15,650 nucleotides of DNA, from contig JBIOKB010000023.1 in the NCBI GenBank assembly GCA_044451405.1, positions 1 to 15,650 on the forward strand. The letters are read 5' to 3'. The position numbers and the translations under genes were made by a program. The stretch's first letter is position 1, and every line of letters starts with the position of its first letter. Positions 15,587-15,650 of this stretch are shown piece by piece. Source of the stretch: Candidatus Babeliales bacterium (GTDB lineage: Bacteria; Babelota; Babeliae; Babelales; Vermiphilaceae). The notes beneath the pieces are model-generated. The model was not told where the DNA came from, made no database searches, and saw only the letters and a program-made list of their open reading frames with translations.

Positions 15587-15650
15587 GTGCCCGTAGCTCA
15601 GTTGGATAGAGCAACAGATTTCTAATCTGTCGGTCGCGCGTTCGAATCGC
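15587..15650 (+). tRNA. tRNA-Arg (anticodon TCT), 3' end truncated by the window
   Basis: Acceptor 5' strand GTGCCCG, D arm GCTC-AGTTGGATA-GAGC, anticodon stem ACAGA/TCTGT with loop TT-TCT-AA (anticodon 15621-15623), T arm GCGCG-TTCGAAT-CGC... Confidence 0.96.

Noticed and set aside
10951-15650. Genomic island or prophage integrated at tRNA-Arg
   Set aside because: There is no integrase or phage gene, the block lies on the 5' side of the tRNA, and I found no duplicated tRNA fragment by eye.
1-15650. CRISPR array, IS element, riboswitch or strong intrinsic terminator
   Set aside because: I saw no regularly spaced direct repeats, transposase, recognisable riboswitch or convincing GC-rich hairpin followed by a U tract. 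Intergenic regions are short.

Overview
AT-rich bacterial chromosomal segment with densely packed genes. Left part: a partial small membrane protein, a GerMN-like protein paired with a degenerate Amidase_3 N-acetylmuramoyl-L-alanine amidase, and a secreted Ser/Pro-rich ankyrin-repeat protein. These are followed by a minus-strand operon of a probable outer-membrane beta-barrel, a secreted helical protein and a RecD2 helicase. Middle: a split F0F1 ATP synthase cluster (atpE, b', b, atpH, atpA; no atpB/G/D/C) whose c subunit carries the full Na+-binding signature. Right part: an accessory-looking block with a type I phosphoribosyltransferase and a divergent PRPP synthetase facing an erythromycin-esterase-family gene, then a secreted three-repeat His protein and a stand-alone LigD-type ATP-dependent DNA ligase. 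The window ends in a truncated tRNA-Arg(TCT). The gene content suggests, by inference only, a protist-associated intracellular bacterium such as Candidatus Dependentiae (TM6/Babeliae). The best candidate for an undescribed system is the PRTase + PRPP synthetase + esterase module, together with the shared TTGATT-N18-TACGAT promoter found in front of both plus-strand units of that block.
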